Shown piece after piece: positions 1-14,800 of a DNA stretch of 64,000 nucleotides; the stretch's first letter is position 1; the number at the start of each line of letters is the position of its first letter. The DNA lies in the NCBI GenBank assembly GCA_009914755.4, contig CP068257.2, positions 20,608,001-20,672,000 of the forward strand. Direction: 5' to 3'. A program made the position numbers and the translations under genes. The stretch is from the human T2T-CHM13v2.0 reference genome, Homo sapiens. Under the pieces are notes generated by a model. The model did no database searches. It saw only the letters and a program-made list of their open reading frames with translations, and was not told the DNA's origin.

Positions 1-245
1 AGCGAGCTAGTTGTCGCTAGATCTAATGGTTTTATAAGGGGCTTCCTCCTATGCTGGGCACTCATTTGTCTTCTTCCTGCTGCCATGTGATGTAGGATTT
101 TTTTGCTTTCCCTTTCTCCGTGATTGCAAGTTTCCTGAAGCCTCCCAAGCCAGGCAGAACTGTGAGTCAATGAAACTTCTCTCCTTTACAAATTATCCCA
201 TCTTGGGTATGTCTTTATTAGCAGCATAAGAACAAACTTTTACAC
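1..245 (+). mobile_element. THE1/MST-type MaLR LTR, 3' portion (5'-truncated by window edge)
   Basis: Matches the THE1/MST LTR 3' half (…gatctgatggttttataaag…ccatgtggaactgtgagtc…ttacccagtct…gtatgtctttattagcag…) at positions 1-245. Confidence 0.7.
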
Positions 246-3200
246 ATTACTAATACATTATCAATTCAAATTCATGACTCTTGCAACATCAACTGTGAAG
301 TTGATTAGAACTTCATAGTTCTAATGAAGGAACTGTGGAAGTCTAAGCAACTCTTTGTTACAGAAAAGTAAAGAAAACATACATGAGACATTAGTTTGTA
401 ATTGGGTAAAAATACTAAACACATTAATTTCAAAATTTAATTCTGGATATTTCAATAAGAAAAGTAATTTTATTAAATTTTTTTTGGCATTCCTCTATGT
501 AAATATACAAGAGAAGTCACAATTTCTTCTAGCAAATAAGAGTCATAACCAAAAACTATTGATGTTGCTACATAACTGAGAATCTGAGAATCTTGCCGAA
601 GATAAAGGAACACAAATTAGGTGCATGTTAATAAGCCTTTGATAATAGACAAAGGATTTTGGGGTTTTAGCCTGGATATAGTATGGTGCTAGTTGCAGAT
701 GATATAAATGAAGTGAAATAATTAGGCAAGTATTTAGAAATGTTTGGCAGCAATGTGAAGGATTTAATAGATGGCAACAGACTAATGTCCAGAAAAGATA
801 AGTATTTCCTGTAGTTGTCCAGTGTCAAAGTGATTGGGCTAGTACTAATGCGACAGAGGTAGGAATTTTTTTTAAAAAAAAAAAGGCATTGGATTTTTTA
901 GTTACTAAAGAAATGGTATCAAAGAAATTTTGTGACCAATTTGATGCTGGGCATAAGTGAGAAGAAAGAGCAAACAATAATCTTCAGGTTCCTGCCATGA
1001 ACCACTGGGCAAAGTTACTTACAAAGAAAAGGAGAGCAAGAGAAAAAGTACAAAAATCTTTCATCACAGAAGATAAGAATCTACCTTTTCCAACACGCTT
1101 CAAATTTCGTTGTGTGCTGTTGAATTTGTTAGTTGAGGAAAAAAAAATGAAAGGAATGTGTACTAAAATTCAAAACATGGTAAGAGTAAATGACATAAAT
1201 GTTTATAGAATTAAATTTCAACATATTTTCTGATACAAGCAATATTCTTCATTAGTGAGTTTTATGGTGTTACAGAATAAAAATTATAGAGTATATCTAT
1301 AATTACCAAGCATGGTATTTAATGCATGCCCAATAAAACAGATTTTACCGTTGTTTCCAAAGTGCCTCGTGAGTTTCATTTAACTGTGAAAATACCTTCC
1401 AGTTGTCAATATTCATAAAAATAGTGGCTTATCCAGAGTTGCCCTTTCAATATCAAAATAAAATTAAAACAAATGGTAAAAATGCAGATTATTCGCAAAA
1501 AGAGAATGATAATTAAAGCCTCCAGGGGTTTAACCATAATGAATCAGAATGACAAAATGGATTTTGACTTTCTGCTCAGAACTGGCTTAGAAATCTATCT
1601 ATTAAAATATTGTCAGGAGATTACTCTGTCAGAACTGGATAAGAATAAAAGATGTGAGCACACGAAATTACAGCTTTGCAATTTCAAAGTAATTTAAATC
1701 TGATATATTTCTTTTAAATTTTATTCCACAAAGGTTTTTTTCCAAGCTGAAAATTATTCTAAATGATATGGTTTCTTTTAATAGTGACCTTGAAATTATA
1801 TTACCCGAATCAGTTACATCCATTATTTTTAAAATTTATTGTATGATCGATGTAAATCAGACATTCCCATGCAGATATATCTGGTTTTCTACAGTTAAAA
1901 AAATTAGATTACTATTAGTTTAATACGTTATTTCTATCTTCAGCATGCACTTTATCCTTTTCTGCATCTGGTATGCACAATTAGATAATGTATACTGAAC
2001 AGCATCAACTGTAAAATATTCAAGAAGATGAATTGCTTCATATAAATTAGAGATGGTAAAGCTTGATCAGTTCATTTTAGGTTAATGCATCTTGAGAGTC
2101 CCTCTATAATTCTATAAAATATAATACCTGCAATTATACATTAGAAGTAAATCATCCTAAAAAATGAATAGCGTAGAAAGTAGTATGTCACTCCTTCATT
2201 ACCGTTAAATAATGTGTTTTTATAACTTGCCAATATGGATTTTATAGAGTCATTTCAGCCCAAATGAAGACCTATTCAAACTATATTTAGATTCTTAACT
2301 TAGTATTAATTTTTTATGAAAAAACATTTTATTAAATAAAACAATCTCTAAATATTACTTAAAGCTATAAAATGTTTTATACATATGTTGTTATTATTAT
2401 CAGCTAGTGCTAGGGAAAAACAGAGACCAGATTTTTTTTAAATTATCCATTATTCTTTAGCATTGAAATCAAGATTTTTTTATCTTGTGGTTTATCACAG
2501 AATACACTATTCTATTTCGATTAGTGAAAATTTTTATTTTAAATATGTTTATTCATATAGTTTGGTAGCATACCTAAATGACTAAATTTCAAGCAATATT
2601 ATACCATTAACTGTTAGATTATGTTTTCCTTTTGGAATTTTTCATCTAGTCCCTTAAAATAAGATTTTTATGGGGGAAGGGAGAAACGTTATGTACGTAA
2701 AGCTGAAATATTTACAGTACACATTTCAAAAGTCACTTCTGAATTTTGAATGTTTTACTGGTTATAAATACTATCCGTGTTGTCATTTTTGTTGTTATTT
2801 ATATAAAATTATGAGCAATAATCTAGAATATAATATAATATAGAGTTAGGAAAATATAATCAAACAACTTGATATGCAGACATCTGGAAATCAGTTAGAC
2901 TCTTCTAAATAAATCTTATGATCTTGTGGTAGAGAAGAAGTAATTTCACCTCCTTAGAATGCTAGTTCTTAGTTTCTGCTCTTCAAATACTGGAGCACAG
3001 AATAAAGATGTCTCTGCATGAATCAAGAATTATTTTGTTGTTTTTGTTGCTTGTTGTTTGTCTTTTAATCTAACTTTTTCAAGCAATCATTGTATTTAGC
3101 CGACCACTAAATCTAAAGCCTACATTTGTGACTTGTGTTTAGAAAGATGATTTGAATAATGATTTTCTAGAAAATAACAAGGTGAGAAAAATGTTAAGGC

Positions 3201-4299
3201 TATAGAAACTATTGGAAACATCTTTTCTTTCTTTCTATTCTAAGACTAAATATTTACCATCAAGAAAAAATAAGATGGAAGAAGAAATCTTTGGTATGGT
3301 GTAAACCAAAGTATGAATCCATATGAGGAAATCAAGACCAATGTAAATGACTTCCTCTTTCCAGTGTTCATGAATAAAATTTCATCTACCTTCTATACAT
3401 GATGGTTCTATCTGGCTAGTGTCCAAGGACAAAGACCATCATTTTTACTACTGATGTTTGTATAGTGGCAGGAAGATAAATGAGTAAAGTTATCTGTTTC
3501 TTGTGAAATGATGAAGTATTGTGAACAATATGCATGCCCAAATTAACAAAAACATGTTACATAAAAATAAATGAAATGAATGGAAATCCAGACAAGAGCA
3601 TGGACTCAAGAAAAGGGTAGGGTTATATTTGAAGCAGGAGATTTAAAAATATGGAACTAGACATGATTCTCAAAATTAGTTATAGCGCATTCTTTTGAAA
3701 TCAAATGTACTGAGGTAAAGGTAATAGAGAATTAAGAGACTTAGATCTAGAAAGAATGTAAATGGGTTTACATAGACTATAAATCAATACATTTTATTTA
3801 TTTTGTTTAGCCTATGAGTATATGGAGAGTTTTCAAATGTTAACTGGAGTCAATGTCAGTGGTAGTGAAATATAATAAAATAGAGTTAAGTGGTTGCCTG
3901 AACCCTCCTGCAGATAATTATTATGAAATATGAATAAAATAATATTTGAAAGTAGTATTGAATGTCTTCAAAACAGACAAAAGAGAGAGGATATTATCTT
4001 TTGAAAAACTGCAATCAAATAGTCTTTTTGTGGCTTTCTTACTTCATGGTATTTTCTGACCGTTATGATCAGAGTAGCCAAAAATCAGTCTTACCACTAA
4101 CAGTTGACAGAGAATATTGTTCATGAATAAAAATACAAAAGAAAATTTAAGGGCAAAGTTCTGAAAATAGGGGATCTTCAGTAGACATGATATATAAAAT
4201 CTGAATATAAACTGCCGAGATGCGTTACGTACCAGTAAAGTACATACACGGTGGACGTTACAGGGGCCCATAGCAAAAACACATCAGGCAAGGACCAAA

Positions 4300-7173
4300 C
4301 ACAAAATTGCCACTGACAGTAAGAGGGATGCCAGGTAATGTTTGTAATTCTTTGTTGTTGTTTAAACTAATGCATTCCTCAGTGAGTGCTCAGCTCACGG
4401 GATTGAAAGAGGGAGTCTTGCACAATTGATGTGCCAGAGGACAAAACCTGATACAAGAAGAGCAGGTGGAAATTTAAGATGCAGTCTCCAGAAGCAAGAA
4501 AATTACAGAGAAAGTGCTCAGTAATAGCTGAGCATGAACTTTATCCAAATCCTTAACAAACACTCAAATTACACATGAAAGAGGGGACAGCCAGGGATTT
4601 AGGCTTAAAAAAATTATATTTGCCTCTATAAGCTGTAAGAACCACAACAACAAAAAGTGTTCAGAAGAACAGAATGGAAGACAGACTTGCAGTGAAGTAT
4701 TATTTATGATGGCTAGTTTTCAGCCAAAAAGTATTAGACAAGCATAGAACAGGAATATATGACCCATATTCAGGAAAACAATGCAGTCAGTGGAAATTAC
4801 GTCTGAACAGGACCAGATGCTACATTTCACAGAAAAAAAAAAAGACTCCAAAGTAATTATTATAAACATGCTCGAAAAATGAAAGAAAAATATATTCAAG
4901 GAAATAAAGACAGTCTTCAGGAGTTACAGATACATTATATGGTTATATGAATAGAGAAAAAGTAAACTATAAAAATTAGAAACACTCTAGTTTAGATGTA
5001 CACTCTTAAAACTAAAAAAATTATTGAGTCATCTCAGTGGTAATTTAGAGATGGCAGATAAAAGAATCTGTAAACTTTAGGATAGATTAATGAATATTCC
5101 TCCATCCAAAAGATAAAGAAAAAAGGACTGATAAAAATGGACACAGTCTTAATAGACCTTTGTGATAATATAGGGAAAGCAAACAAAAAAATTAATTAAG
5201 ATCTTAAAAGAAAAGGTATGTAAAGTGCAGGTAAAAACCAAACAAATATTTGAAGAAATACTGTCTTAAATTTGTTGAAAAATATTATCTTTTTTTGTAA
5301 AACATTATCTTTTAGATTTTAAAAGCTAAACATTTCCAAGTGGGATAAACACAAAAGAGACTAATTCTAGTCCCACATAAAAATGATATTTCTAGTGTAT
5401 ACAGGGGAAAAAGACATATGACCCTTAAGAAGAAAACTAAAAAGCAAATATTATTAGATGACTTTTCAACAGTAACAATAGTGATCAGATGCCATTAGAA
5501 GAAAATAGCCAAAATACTGGGAGGAAAAACAAGCTGTAGCCAAGAATTCTGTATCTAATGAAACTGTCCATAAAAAAGGAAATATAGAAATGTTCACATA
5601 AGCTAAAATATATTGTATTGGGCTCATTTGGCCTACAAGAAGTGATAGTTCTTCAGGCTGAAGCAAAATGACAGTGACCTCTTGAATCTACAGGAATGAA
5701 AAAATGAAGACAAATGAGTAGCAAATATGTGGGTAGATATGAAACTATGCAGACACATAGATTGTCTCTGCTTCTCTTAAATTCTTAAAAGCCATTAACT
5801 GTTAAAAGAAAAAATTATAACCATTAGTTGCATGGTTTACAACTTTTATAGAATTAATTTACATGATACAAGAGCATAGAGTATAGGTGGTTTATAAAGG
5901 ATGATTTATAAATTGCACCCCATTATAAACATGAATTACTAATTTGTTAAATGTAAGACGATTACCTGAAAATAAAGTGAAATCTGTAATTTTAGAGTAA
6001 TGACTAAACAGTAATGCAAAAAAAGCAAAGAAGAAATCAAAATAGAGTACAAATAAAATATTCAAATAACACAAAATAAGAAAGAGGATAGAAGAAATAA
6101 ACATAAAAATGAAGAAACAAAAACAGATAAAATAAGTTGAAAGCACTTCACCAAATGACAGACATAAATATTACTATATCACTAACTTTACTGTCAACAG
6201 AATATTCTATTAAATATAGAGATTATCAGAAAACCAAAGGAACAAGACTCAATTATATGCTTTCTACAAGATGCACATACACTAAATAATTGTCACAAAT
6301 GGGATAAAAGTTGAAGAAAGGGAAAATATGTTATTAACAATAAATCATATGAAAGCTGGAATAGTTTTATTAATGTCAGAAAAAATGGACATTAAAGTAA
6401 ATTAACAGGGAAGAGAACTTAATCACAATAAAAGGGTCAATATATTCGGAATACATAAAAATTATAAATGTGCATATGCCTAATAAGAACATTTTAAAAT
6501 ATGTGAAGAAAATAATGACAAAGGAAGAAATAAACAAATCTGGAAACTTAGATGGAAATTTTAACACCATATCCCAATTGTTGATAAAAGAACTGAACAA
6601 AAATCTAGTAAGGTGATCGAACATTTTAATAACCCTGTATGTCTAACAGTGCACTCAATTACAGATTACATTATTTTTTAAATGCACATAAAACGTTCAC
6701 CACAAAATATTCAACTTCTGAATCATAAGACAGCTCAATAGATTTAACAGTAAAATATTTCAGACTTTATTTCTTTATCATAAATTAAATTACACTAGAA
6801 GTTAAAAATATCTAGCAGTCTTGAGTATCTCAAAATTAAACAATTCAATTCGAATCAATCAAAGTGTAAATGAAGGAATTACAAGATGAAGTAGCAAATA
6901 GTATACTAAATGATAAGAAAAACTCAATGTATAAACATTTGTAGAAAGGTGCAAAACATTCATAAATGTAAATATATGAATTCAAATGCTTACATTACAG
7001 GTTTTATGAAAAGAACAATAAAAAGCTCTAAAACTATCTAAATTGGTCACAAAAAAAGAAAAAATAGGATATTCATTTTTGGTAAAAATCCCAAAATACA
7101 AGGTATAAAAGGGAACTCCCTCAAGTACATATAGAATATAAAGTATATTTTTGGAGAGTAAATATTTAGAAAG
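4300..7173 (+). mobile_element. Old L1 (L1M/L1P-like) fragment; its 3' part encodes the ORF2 endonuclease-domain remnant; 5' boundary uncertain
   Basis: Region 6140-7173 translates in patches to L1 ORF2 endonuclease-like sequence (…caattatatgctttctacaagatgcacat… = ORF2 start region; KGS..QEDIT..NIYAPN-like patches). It stops abruptly at the THE1 insertion at 7174. Confidence 0.55.
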
Positions 7174-7531
7174 TGATTTGATTTGGCTGTATCCCCACCC
7201 AAATCTCATCTTGAATTGTAGTTCCCATAATCCCCATGTGTCATGGGAGGCATCTGGTAAGAGGTAATTGAATCATGGGGGCAGTTACTCTCATGCTGGC
7301 TTCATGATAATGAGTTCTCATGAGATCTTTTTAAGGGGCCTATTCACTCTTTCGCTCAGCACTTCTTGCTGCCCTGTGAACGAGGCCATGTTTGCTTCCC
7401 CTTCTGTCATGATTGCAAATTTCCTGAGGCCTCCCCAGGCCTGCGGGATGGAGACAATTAAATTGTTTTCCTTTATAAATTATCTAGTGCCAGGTGTGTC
7501 ATTATTAGCAGAGTGAAAATGGATTAATACA
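7174..7531 (+). mobile_element. THE1-type MaLR solo LTR inserted into the old L1
   Basis: Starts tgatttgatttggctgtatccccacccaaatctcatcttgaattgtag… and ends …ttattagcagagtgaaaatggattaataca. The same element recurs at 19453, 27370 and 39581. Flanking gaaag/gaaag looks like a 5-bp target-site duplication. Confidence 0.85.
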
Positions 7532-8110
7532 GAAAGATATCCCATGCTAGAGGACTGGACGACTCAAATTTGTTAAGATGCTCTATTTTCCCAAATACAT
7601 AAAAAGATTTAATGCAATCTCATTAAAAATTCCAGCAAAAGTTTTGAGACTTGGCAAGATGATTCTGAAATTTTTAGCTAAACTGCACATGACTTAGAAT
7701 AGTAAGAACGTTTTTAAAATAAAGTCTTATACTATAAACAAGTAGAACTTAATTAGTAATTTCCAAATAGTTAACTTAAAACCTTAAAGTAGTATAATAT
7801 TGAGTTATCGATAATTTAAATTTTGATAACGACAATAATTTTAATATATTTCTAGTCTCATTTAATACATTTTACTACAGAAAATGGATGTATAAGTAAC
7901 TTTAGGTTATATTAATATATGTGTTCTTATTTAAAGAAATGCATTAAACATTTTGGTATCAAATAATGAATATTTCTTATTTTTGGTTTGTTTACATGAG
8001 TACAATGTACACCATTTGGGCCATCGTTACCCAAAAAGCCCAGAATTCATCACTACACAGTATATCCATGTAACAAACTGCATATATACCTCTTAAATTT
8101 ATACAAATAA
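7532..8110 (+). mobile_element. Continuation of the old L1 (ORF2 fragment plus 3'-end-like sequence)
   Basis: The L1 ORF2-like reading (…[17 protein letters not shown]) resumes immediately after the THE1 LTR. The later part resembles an L1 3' end (…ccatgtaacaaactgcatatatacctcttaaattta…). Confidence 0.5.
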
Positions 8111-11100
8111 AAGAGAAAAATAATGAAAAAATTATGTTCCTGAAAGTATGAAATGTCTTCATTGTTCAAGAATATGAAAGAAGACATTAAAATATATTTT
8201 GCTAGTTAATGGGTACAATAATGGAGTTGGATAGAATAAGTTCTGGTATTCCATGGCACAATAGGAAAGTGTGTTCTAAATCAAACCACAGATTATCTAA
8301 CAGTACAGCAATTTTCCTAAAGATTGCAACTCCCATCCATCAACAGCACTTAAGGATTGCCTAGCGTTTCTCCATCAGCATTCTCATTTACTGCAGAAAG
8401 TTCAGTTATCCAATTGCAAGTAAACCAAATATAATTTAATAGTATAGGAATGTTTCTAGTGGTCTTTGGCTTTTTATGTTAATCAACTAAATTTGAAAGC
8501 TTAACTCAGCAATCAACAGGAATAACATTGATATATAAACCAATATTTAACAGTTACATTTTTATTGAAAAGGAAGCCGCGCTGGTTAAATTTGACTTTC
8601 ACTTTATGCTTAGATTTCACACAATGATGTGCTTTGAGGAAACAAGGGTATATTTGAGATTAGTCCTAAGGCTTTTCAGAAAGATCATCCTTTCTTTGTT
8701 CTTTCCCCTAAGGTAAACCATTTCCATTGTCATAGCACTGACAAATAATTATTTTATTGCTGAAAAACTCCGACTCAGAGAAAATGTCACAGGTATTTTT
8801 TTTTAAATAGCTGTTGCAGTTTAAGCTTTCAGAAATTGCTATATAAAACCTGTCATTTAGGGGGAAAATAAAATTTTCTGTAAAAACAATTCAAAAAAAT
8901 GTAATTATTCCTGTGTTCATAAAACTTCATAGTAGTGATGAACAATGAAAAATATTCATTCTTTCTTAAGGTATCAAGTAGTCACAAATTTTATTTTTCA
9001 TTTAAGAATTGATTAACTTCATTTTTCACTAATGAATTGGGATATATAGTGTGTATGTGTGCCTTGAAGCTGCAAGTTGGCTTTTTTATTCGCTTTTGGC
9101 TAAAATTTAAATCTGACCAATTTTGAATTTTAAATTTGACCAATTATCACAAACTGATCAGTTGTCTTGTTTTTGTAAATATCTACATTGGATTATTTCA
9201 ATATGAAAATATTTAAAGTAGACTGAGGAGTTTCTGTATTATAGATCTTTAGGGTTCTGGAAACCCATCTTGCAATTGAGATTACAGAAACTCTCCATTG
9301 TATTAACTTATGTAAATCTGTTATAAACATCTTTTGTTGATGACAATATTATGACTGTCTCTCACATTTACTAAATGGGTGTAATATGAATCTGCACTCA
9401 TTTGAAGGCATGCATGTGATGCCAAAATCAATGAGAATGTATGTAATTACAACCTTAATTCAATGGAAATTTATCTAATGATCCGTTATGACAAACAGAG
9501 CTACATGTAACAAGTTAATAATACCTTGTAATACATAATTTGAAGGAAAATACATTTTTATTATTTAATATTACTTAAATGGACAGAATAGAAATAATAG
9601 AAACCACATAGAAAAATAAATGAACTTCTAAAAATTTTATAATACTTTTACATTTTTAAAGTTTTTTATCTAGAAATATTTAACATGAATTCTGATATTT
9701 AAAATTGTAAGTCACCTCTCAACTTATTTTATAAAAAACTTTGTGTTTTGTTATACTAAAAATGTGTTTCTTGCAAATTACATTTATAAGTTTAATTTTT
9801 GCATGTCAAATAGAACACTATATTTACACACATAGTTGGCTTCTTGTCTAAGACCTTGACTTGATGAAATGATTAAAACAATTGTCTTGCCCAGAACTTG
9901 ACTATTATTAAAACTGTTTTTATTCAAACAACATACATGAGTTGTTCATTTTTGTAACTTAGGCATTCATTTTGAAATTGATAAACAACCAATTAATATA
10001 TGCTTTGACAGCTAATTAAAAATTAAAAACTTCACATGTACATAAGTCAGACATTACCTGCACAATTACCGTATATTTTATTTTCCACATGGCAGGAAAG
10101 ATTCATTTTTAAGTATTTTTTGGAGCATTATAGAGAAGGACTGTATCTTCTTTCAAAAGGATTCTTTGGAGAGATAAATTTGACAAATGTAATAATCTAT
10201 TGCACATGTGGAAAACATCTTCACCATTGTTTTACTTTTTTAAGTGGACTTAAACCATTAATTAACATTTCTTTGGCTTATTCCTTTTTTAATGTGCATT
10301 TTACTGGTAATAAAATATCTAAACCGTGATGTTATTTTGAAGATAAATACGCTGAAGTATGCATAGCTCTATTAAGTAGTTACAAATAACAAGAAGCCCT
10401 ACAAACATAGGCTTATAAAATTGGGCTCAAATTCTGTTTTGTTCTCTTACTACATTAACTTTCATACTCATGAGAGTTACCTCACAGTTTCAAAATGACT
10501 ATAGCTCTACATCTTTTGCAAAGGAGGAAAGGAAGAATATAAGAAAAAGAGAGCCTGAATCAGAAAGGGAAATGCTTTCTCCGGAAATCATTTATACTGT
10601 TCCTTGACCAGAACCGTGCACATAGCCAGCCCACCATTATCTGTGATGGATTCAACCAGATAAGTAGTTTTAAATTAGTCCATTGTTCTTGCAAAACAAA
10701 ATTAGAAAAGGGGGGAAAAAGAGAATGAATATATGGCAGGCATTTAGTAAGGTCTTACCACAGTGGTAGTACTTAGTGCTATTAGTGCTTAGGGGACATA
10801 GTGAGGCCTAAATGAATACTAGTTGTTACAATCTTGAAAGAGCTCTAGTGCCTGAGTCAGTTTTATAGAGGGGACTTACTTGATATCGAAAATCAGTGCT
10901 CCAAGATTTTCACAGAAGACAATGGAAAATTTGCATCTGTTCTCCTTGTGATTGTTTACAAGGATTTTCACTGGGAATGAGTAAAATGTAATCTTCACAT
11001 ACAGGTTGAATAAATAGAACTATGATACAATTTAAAGGGCTTCATAAGGCCCCTGGTTAGAAAAATCTGTCACTTGGCTAACTGTAATTGGGACCCTCAG

Positions 11101-14100
11101 TTAATCATCCTTTAAGTTGTAAAATTTCCTTTACAACTTAAAATTTCTGCAAATAAAGCGCTTATATTTTAGTGTGAAATAAAAGTGAGTTTCTAGATAA
11201 ACTCATAAGCAAAGAAAATCAAGAAATACTGCAACTTCACGCACTGTTAGTATGTGCATCTTTCTAGCTTGACAATTCTGCGTGTTTAGTAAGCAAATGC
11301 CATACATATTTTTTCTGTTATATGTTTCCTTCAAATAAAATCTGACTGAGAATCTGTGATCACAAAATAAAGCTGCTAATTATGAGCTGGGTCACCTTGG
11401 ATCTTATCTAGGGAAGGACCACTTTCTGTAGAATCTTATCTATAAAATGTAAATAAATTAAAGGAGAGTATAGATGTATTATATGTGGACATGCATACTA
11501 AAAATGTATACTGTTTGAACATATTCAGATACTTTTTAGAACCGAACTATTGTATTTAGAATTTACTTCAATTGAGCCTTCCTCTTTTTAAGTAGACTGG
11601 AACATTAAAAAAATGTTTATTCAGGTAAACTAAACACATATACTATAAAAACATATGTGTGTGTGGAGTATGGGGATGTACCTGTTATGCAACCCAATTA
11701 ATAAGATATAGGGTAGAATGAAAGATCGGTAGAGCTTCATGAGGATGCTAGTTTTGTCCTTCTAAAGAAAACACCAAGTAACAAGTCATACTGTGGATGC
11801 ATCTATTGATTAACTTGCAGAGGTGGTGCTGAGACACAGGCACATTGATCAAACTTAGCCTAGGACTATGTTAATTATTTTTATTGCTCAATTCAGCATT
11901 GTTTGTATGTATCTGTCTCGGCATGTGTGTGAGTGTGTGGGTGGATGGGAACTACAATAAAAAGAATGAATAGCTCTATTATCATTATTTTGGTTAATTA
12001 AAAACTGAGACAAGTCAAAATGATTAGCTCTTCCTCCATCCAATTTTTCTGTTAACTTGTTTTACAAAGTTATTTCCCAACCATGAATAAAATACTTGGT
12101 GATTGTTTGAATGTTCTTGTCTTCCACAAGCTAATGCTGAATATTGATTTAAACTTTTTTAATGTTCCTATATGCCTGAGATACACATGATTTGAATTTT
12201 TATGAATGGAGTAATTATAAAAGAAGCAATCAATTATAACAATAAATCATTCTTTTATATTTGAGGGGAAAAAGCCTAATAAGAATGTTAAAGAATAATT
12301 ATGTTCTTTTTGTTGATTTTGTTGTGAAACTCCTTATGTCTCCTAGTTTTTGATGGCACATTTTATTGTGTCACTGAAAGCAAGTACCTTAAAAGATATT
12401 TAAAATCCTAAAATAATAGATTCTATAATAGACATTGAAAATGTACTTCAACCTTCTCATTTTACATATGAACAAATAAATACAGAGCATTTGGAGACAC
12501 AGCTGTGAATAAAGTAAATGTCTTCTGTGGTCTTTCTTAATTTATTCTAAGAAAGTTTTTCCAACATAATATATAACCTTCTAAATCTCCTTAAAACATT
12601 ATGTCATTATTTTAAAGTATATATTGTATAAATAAATGTTTTTAAGAAAATGATATTCTAGAAGAATATACTTATGATATTTTATTGCAGTGTTTATTAA
12701 CATTTAATATTTAATAATATTCAGAATATATAATGAAGGTAAATTTTTACTTTCCCCAATTTTTTCTCAGATTAAAACTTATTCTCCCATATAGGTTTTT
12801 ACTTTCCCCAATTAAAAATAATATATTTTATTAAAGTTATTTAATAAAAAGAAGCTTCAAATTATCTGTTGTCTAAACTCCATCACTTCCTCTTTCACAT
12901 TCATGTTGTACTGCACCAAAATTTAGTGCCTTGAAACAACATTGGTCAAATCCACAATTGTATGGTTTGACAATTTTGGCTGCTGGTCTTAGCTAGACCC
13001 ATGTATACTAGTGGGAAGCTGCTAGTCAGCCAAAAGACTCACCTTCTGGCTCTTGGATGAAATGACAAGGATTACTGAAACAATGGTCTCTTCTCACCTA
13101 GCAAATTATCCTGGATTTCTTCATATGGTGATGGTCAGGCATGTTTTAAGAAGACCAAGAAGTAGAACAGGACTCGATGCAAAAGCATTTCCAAGTATCT
13201 GCTTATGCCATGCTTGCTATTGTCTCATTGCTCACATACTATGAGGACAACCCCATATTCAACATGTAAAAGCACAACCCACATAGCAGGGACAGGAGGG
13301 CGTGAATAAATGGAAGGTCATTACTGAAACAATCTAGTAAGCATGGCTCTAGCACTAATAATTTACCTGCTTCCCACAAGTAAAGTACATTTACTCTCTC
13401 ACAAAATACCAAAATTCTCATATAATCTAAGCATCAGGCATAAAGTCCAGATTTTTGTGATTCACTGTGATGCTGGATATCAGTGAGGCACCATATTGAA
13501 AAACATGTTATTTTCACTACACAAACACAACTTCTGATGGTGACACAGAATAGAAGAACGACAAAAAATGCTGCCATTTCAAAAGGAGAAAAATGATAAC
13601 CACATGCATTTCATGATCCATAGCAATTCTGAAACAAAATTGGGCAAATAGGTCATATTTTCCAGTTTCAGGGGAAAGCATGCTCCCTGACGAAGCCATA
13701 TTCCTTTTCCAGTGAGCGACTTCCCATATTTCCTTCATGTTCCCTGGCTCTACCCTCTGAGATATCCTTTATTTTTTTTCATCCTCCTTAGATATTTCTG
13801 GAGAGTTCAAAGGATAATATTTTCTTACAGAAATTTTCTTAACCTATTTTCTTTTCATAAAGATGTGGAATCAGAGAATTTTTGGAGTTTGAACAGTCTC
13901 AGTGCCTTTCGATAAAGACTGCCAACTTGTTTCTGGGCATAACTCCATTAAACACTTGGCAAATTATCTATGAGTCTGATTTCTAAGAGTTGTAACTCGA
14001 AAGACACATCAGAAATTCTTTTTGAGTAATTGTCTCTCAATGTATTAACTGATACATTGGGCATTTAGTTTTCAGAGGGGCAAATCTTCAAAATGGTGAA

Positions 14101-14348
14101 TTTTGTCTAATTGAGAGTAACTAAGAAGTACTGATTTTATTCTTTCAGAAGTCTTAACAAAGGATCTCACATTTAAGCCATTGATCTAATATATTCCATT
14201 AAGTTGCACTTTGCCTTCAAATCTTTTAAGTACCAGTTGCAGTACTGTACATAAGGGGCTTGAGCAGCTGCAGATTTTGGTATTTGTGGGAGAGTCTTAG
14301 AACCAATCCACTACAGGTAACAAGAGAAGATTGTAAGTCATCTAAGGA

Positions 14349-14800
14349 TGTATAATAAATGTAGTGGCTTGAAACAACCACCTTTTGTTTGGATCGTAGT
14401 TCTTTCTGTGTGGCAATTTGGGATGGATATGACTGATTTGGTCTTCTCTTGGGTAGGTTCATTTATGTGTCTTCATTCTGTGGCCAGATGCAGTTAGCTA
14501 GTTGGGTATGTTTCTGGTGATTGTTAGCAGCCAACTAGGAGCAGGTGCACTACATTTCTGTAACAATTTTACAGGATTCTTCTCATGGAAGCAGTGTCAG
14601 GGATCCTAAAAACAGCAAGAGGAAGATAAAACCTTAAAGACCTAGCCCTTTTCTCCAGCCTCAGGTTTTGTTATGACTGCTATCGTACTACTAAACCAAG
14701 TCAGTATATTGTCAGCCTCATCAGTGTGGGTATGACCAGCTGAGAATGTGGATCCATGGAGGTATTAACAAACTATGGTACATTACTGCAACCCTATGTC
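14349..14800 (+). mobile_element. MLT1-type MaLR LTR (ancient)
   Basis: Starts tgtagtggcttgaaacaacc…, which is characteristic of the MLT1 LTR 5' end. Downstream spacing of the conserved blocks resembles MLT1. The 3' boundary is a guess. Confidence 0.4.

Noticed and set aside
12900-14345. Possible MaLR internal region or another ancient repeat upstream of the MLT1-like LTR
   Set aside because: I could not match it to a consensus confidently by eye. It may be MLT1-internal or unique sequence. Left unannotated.
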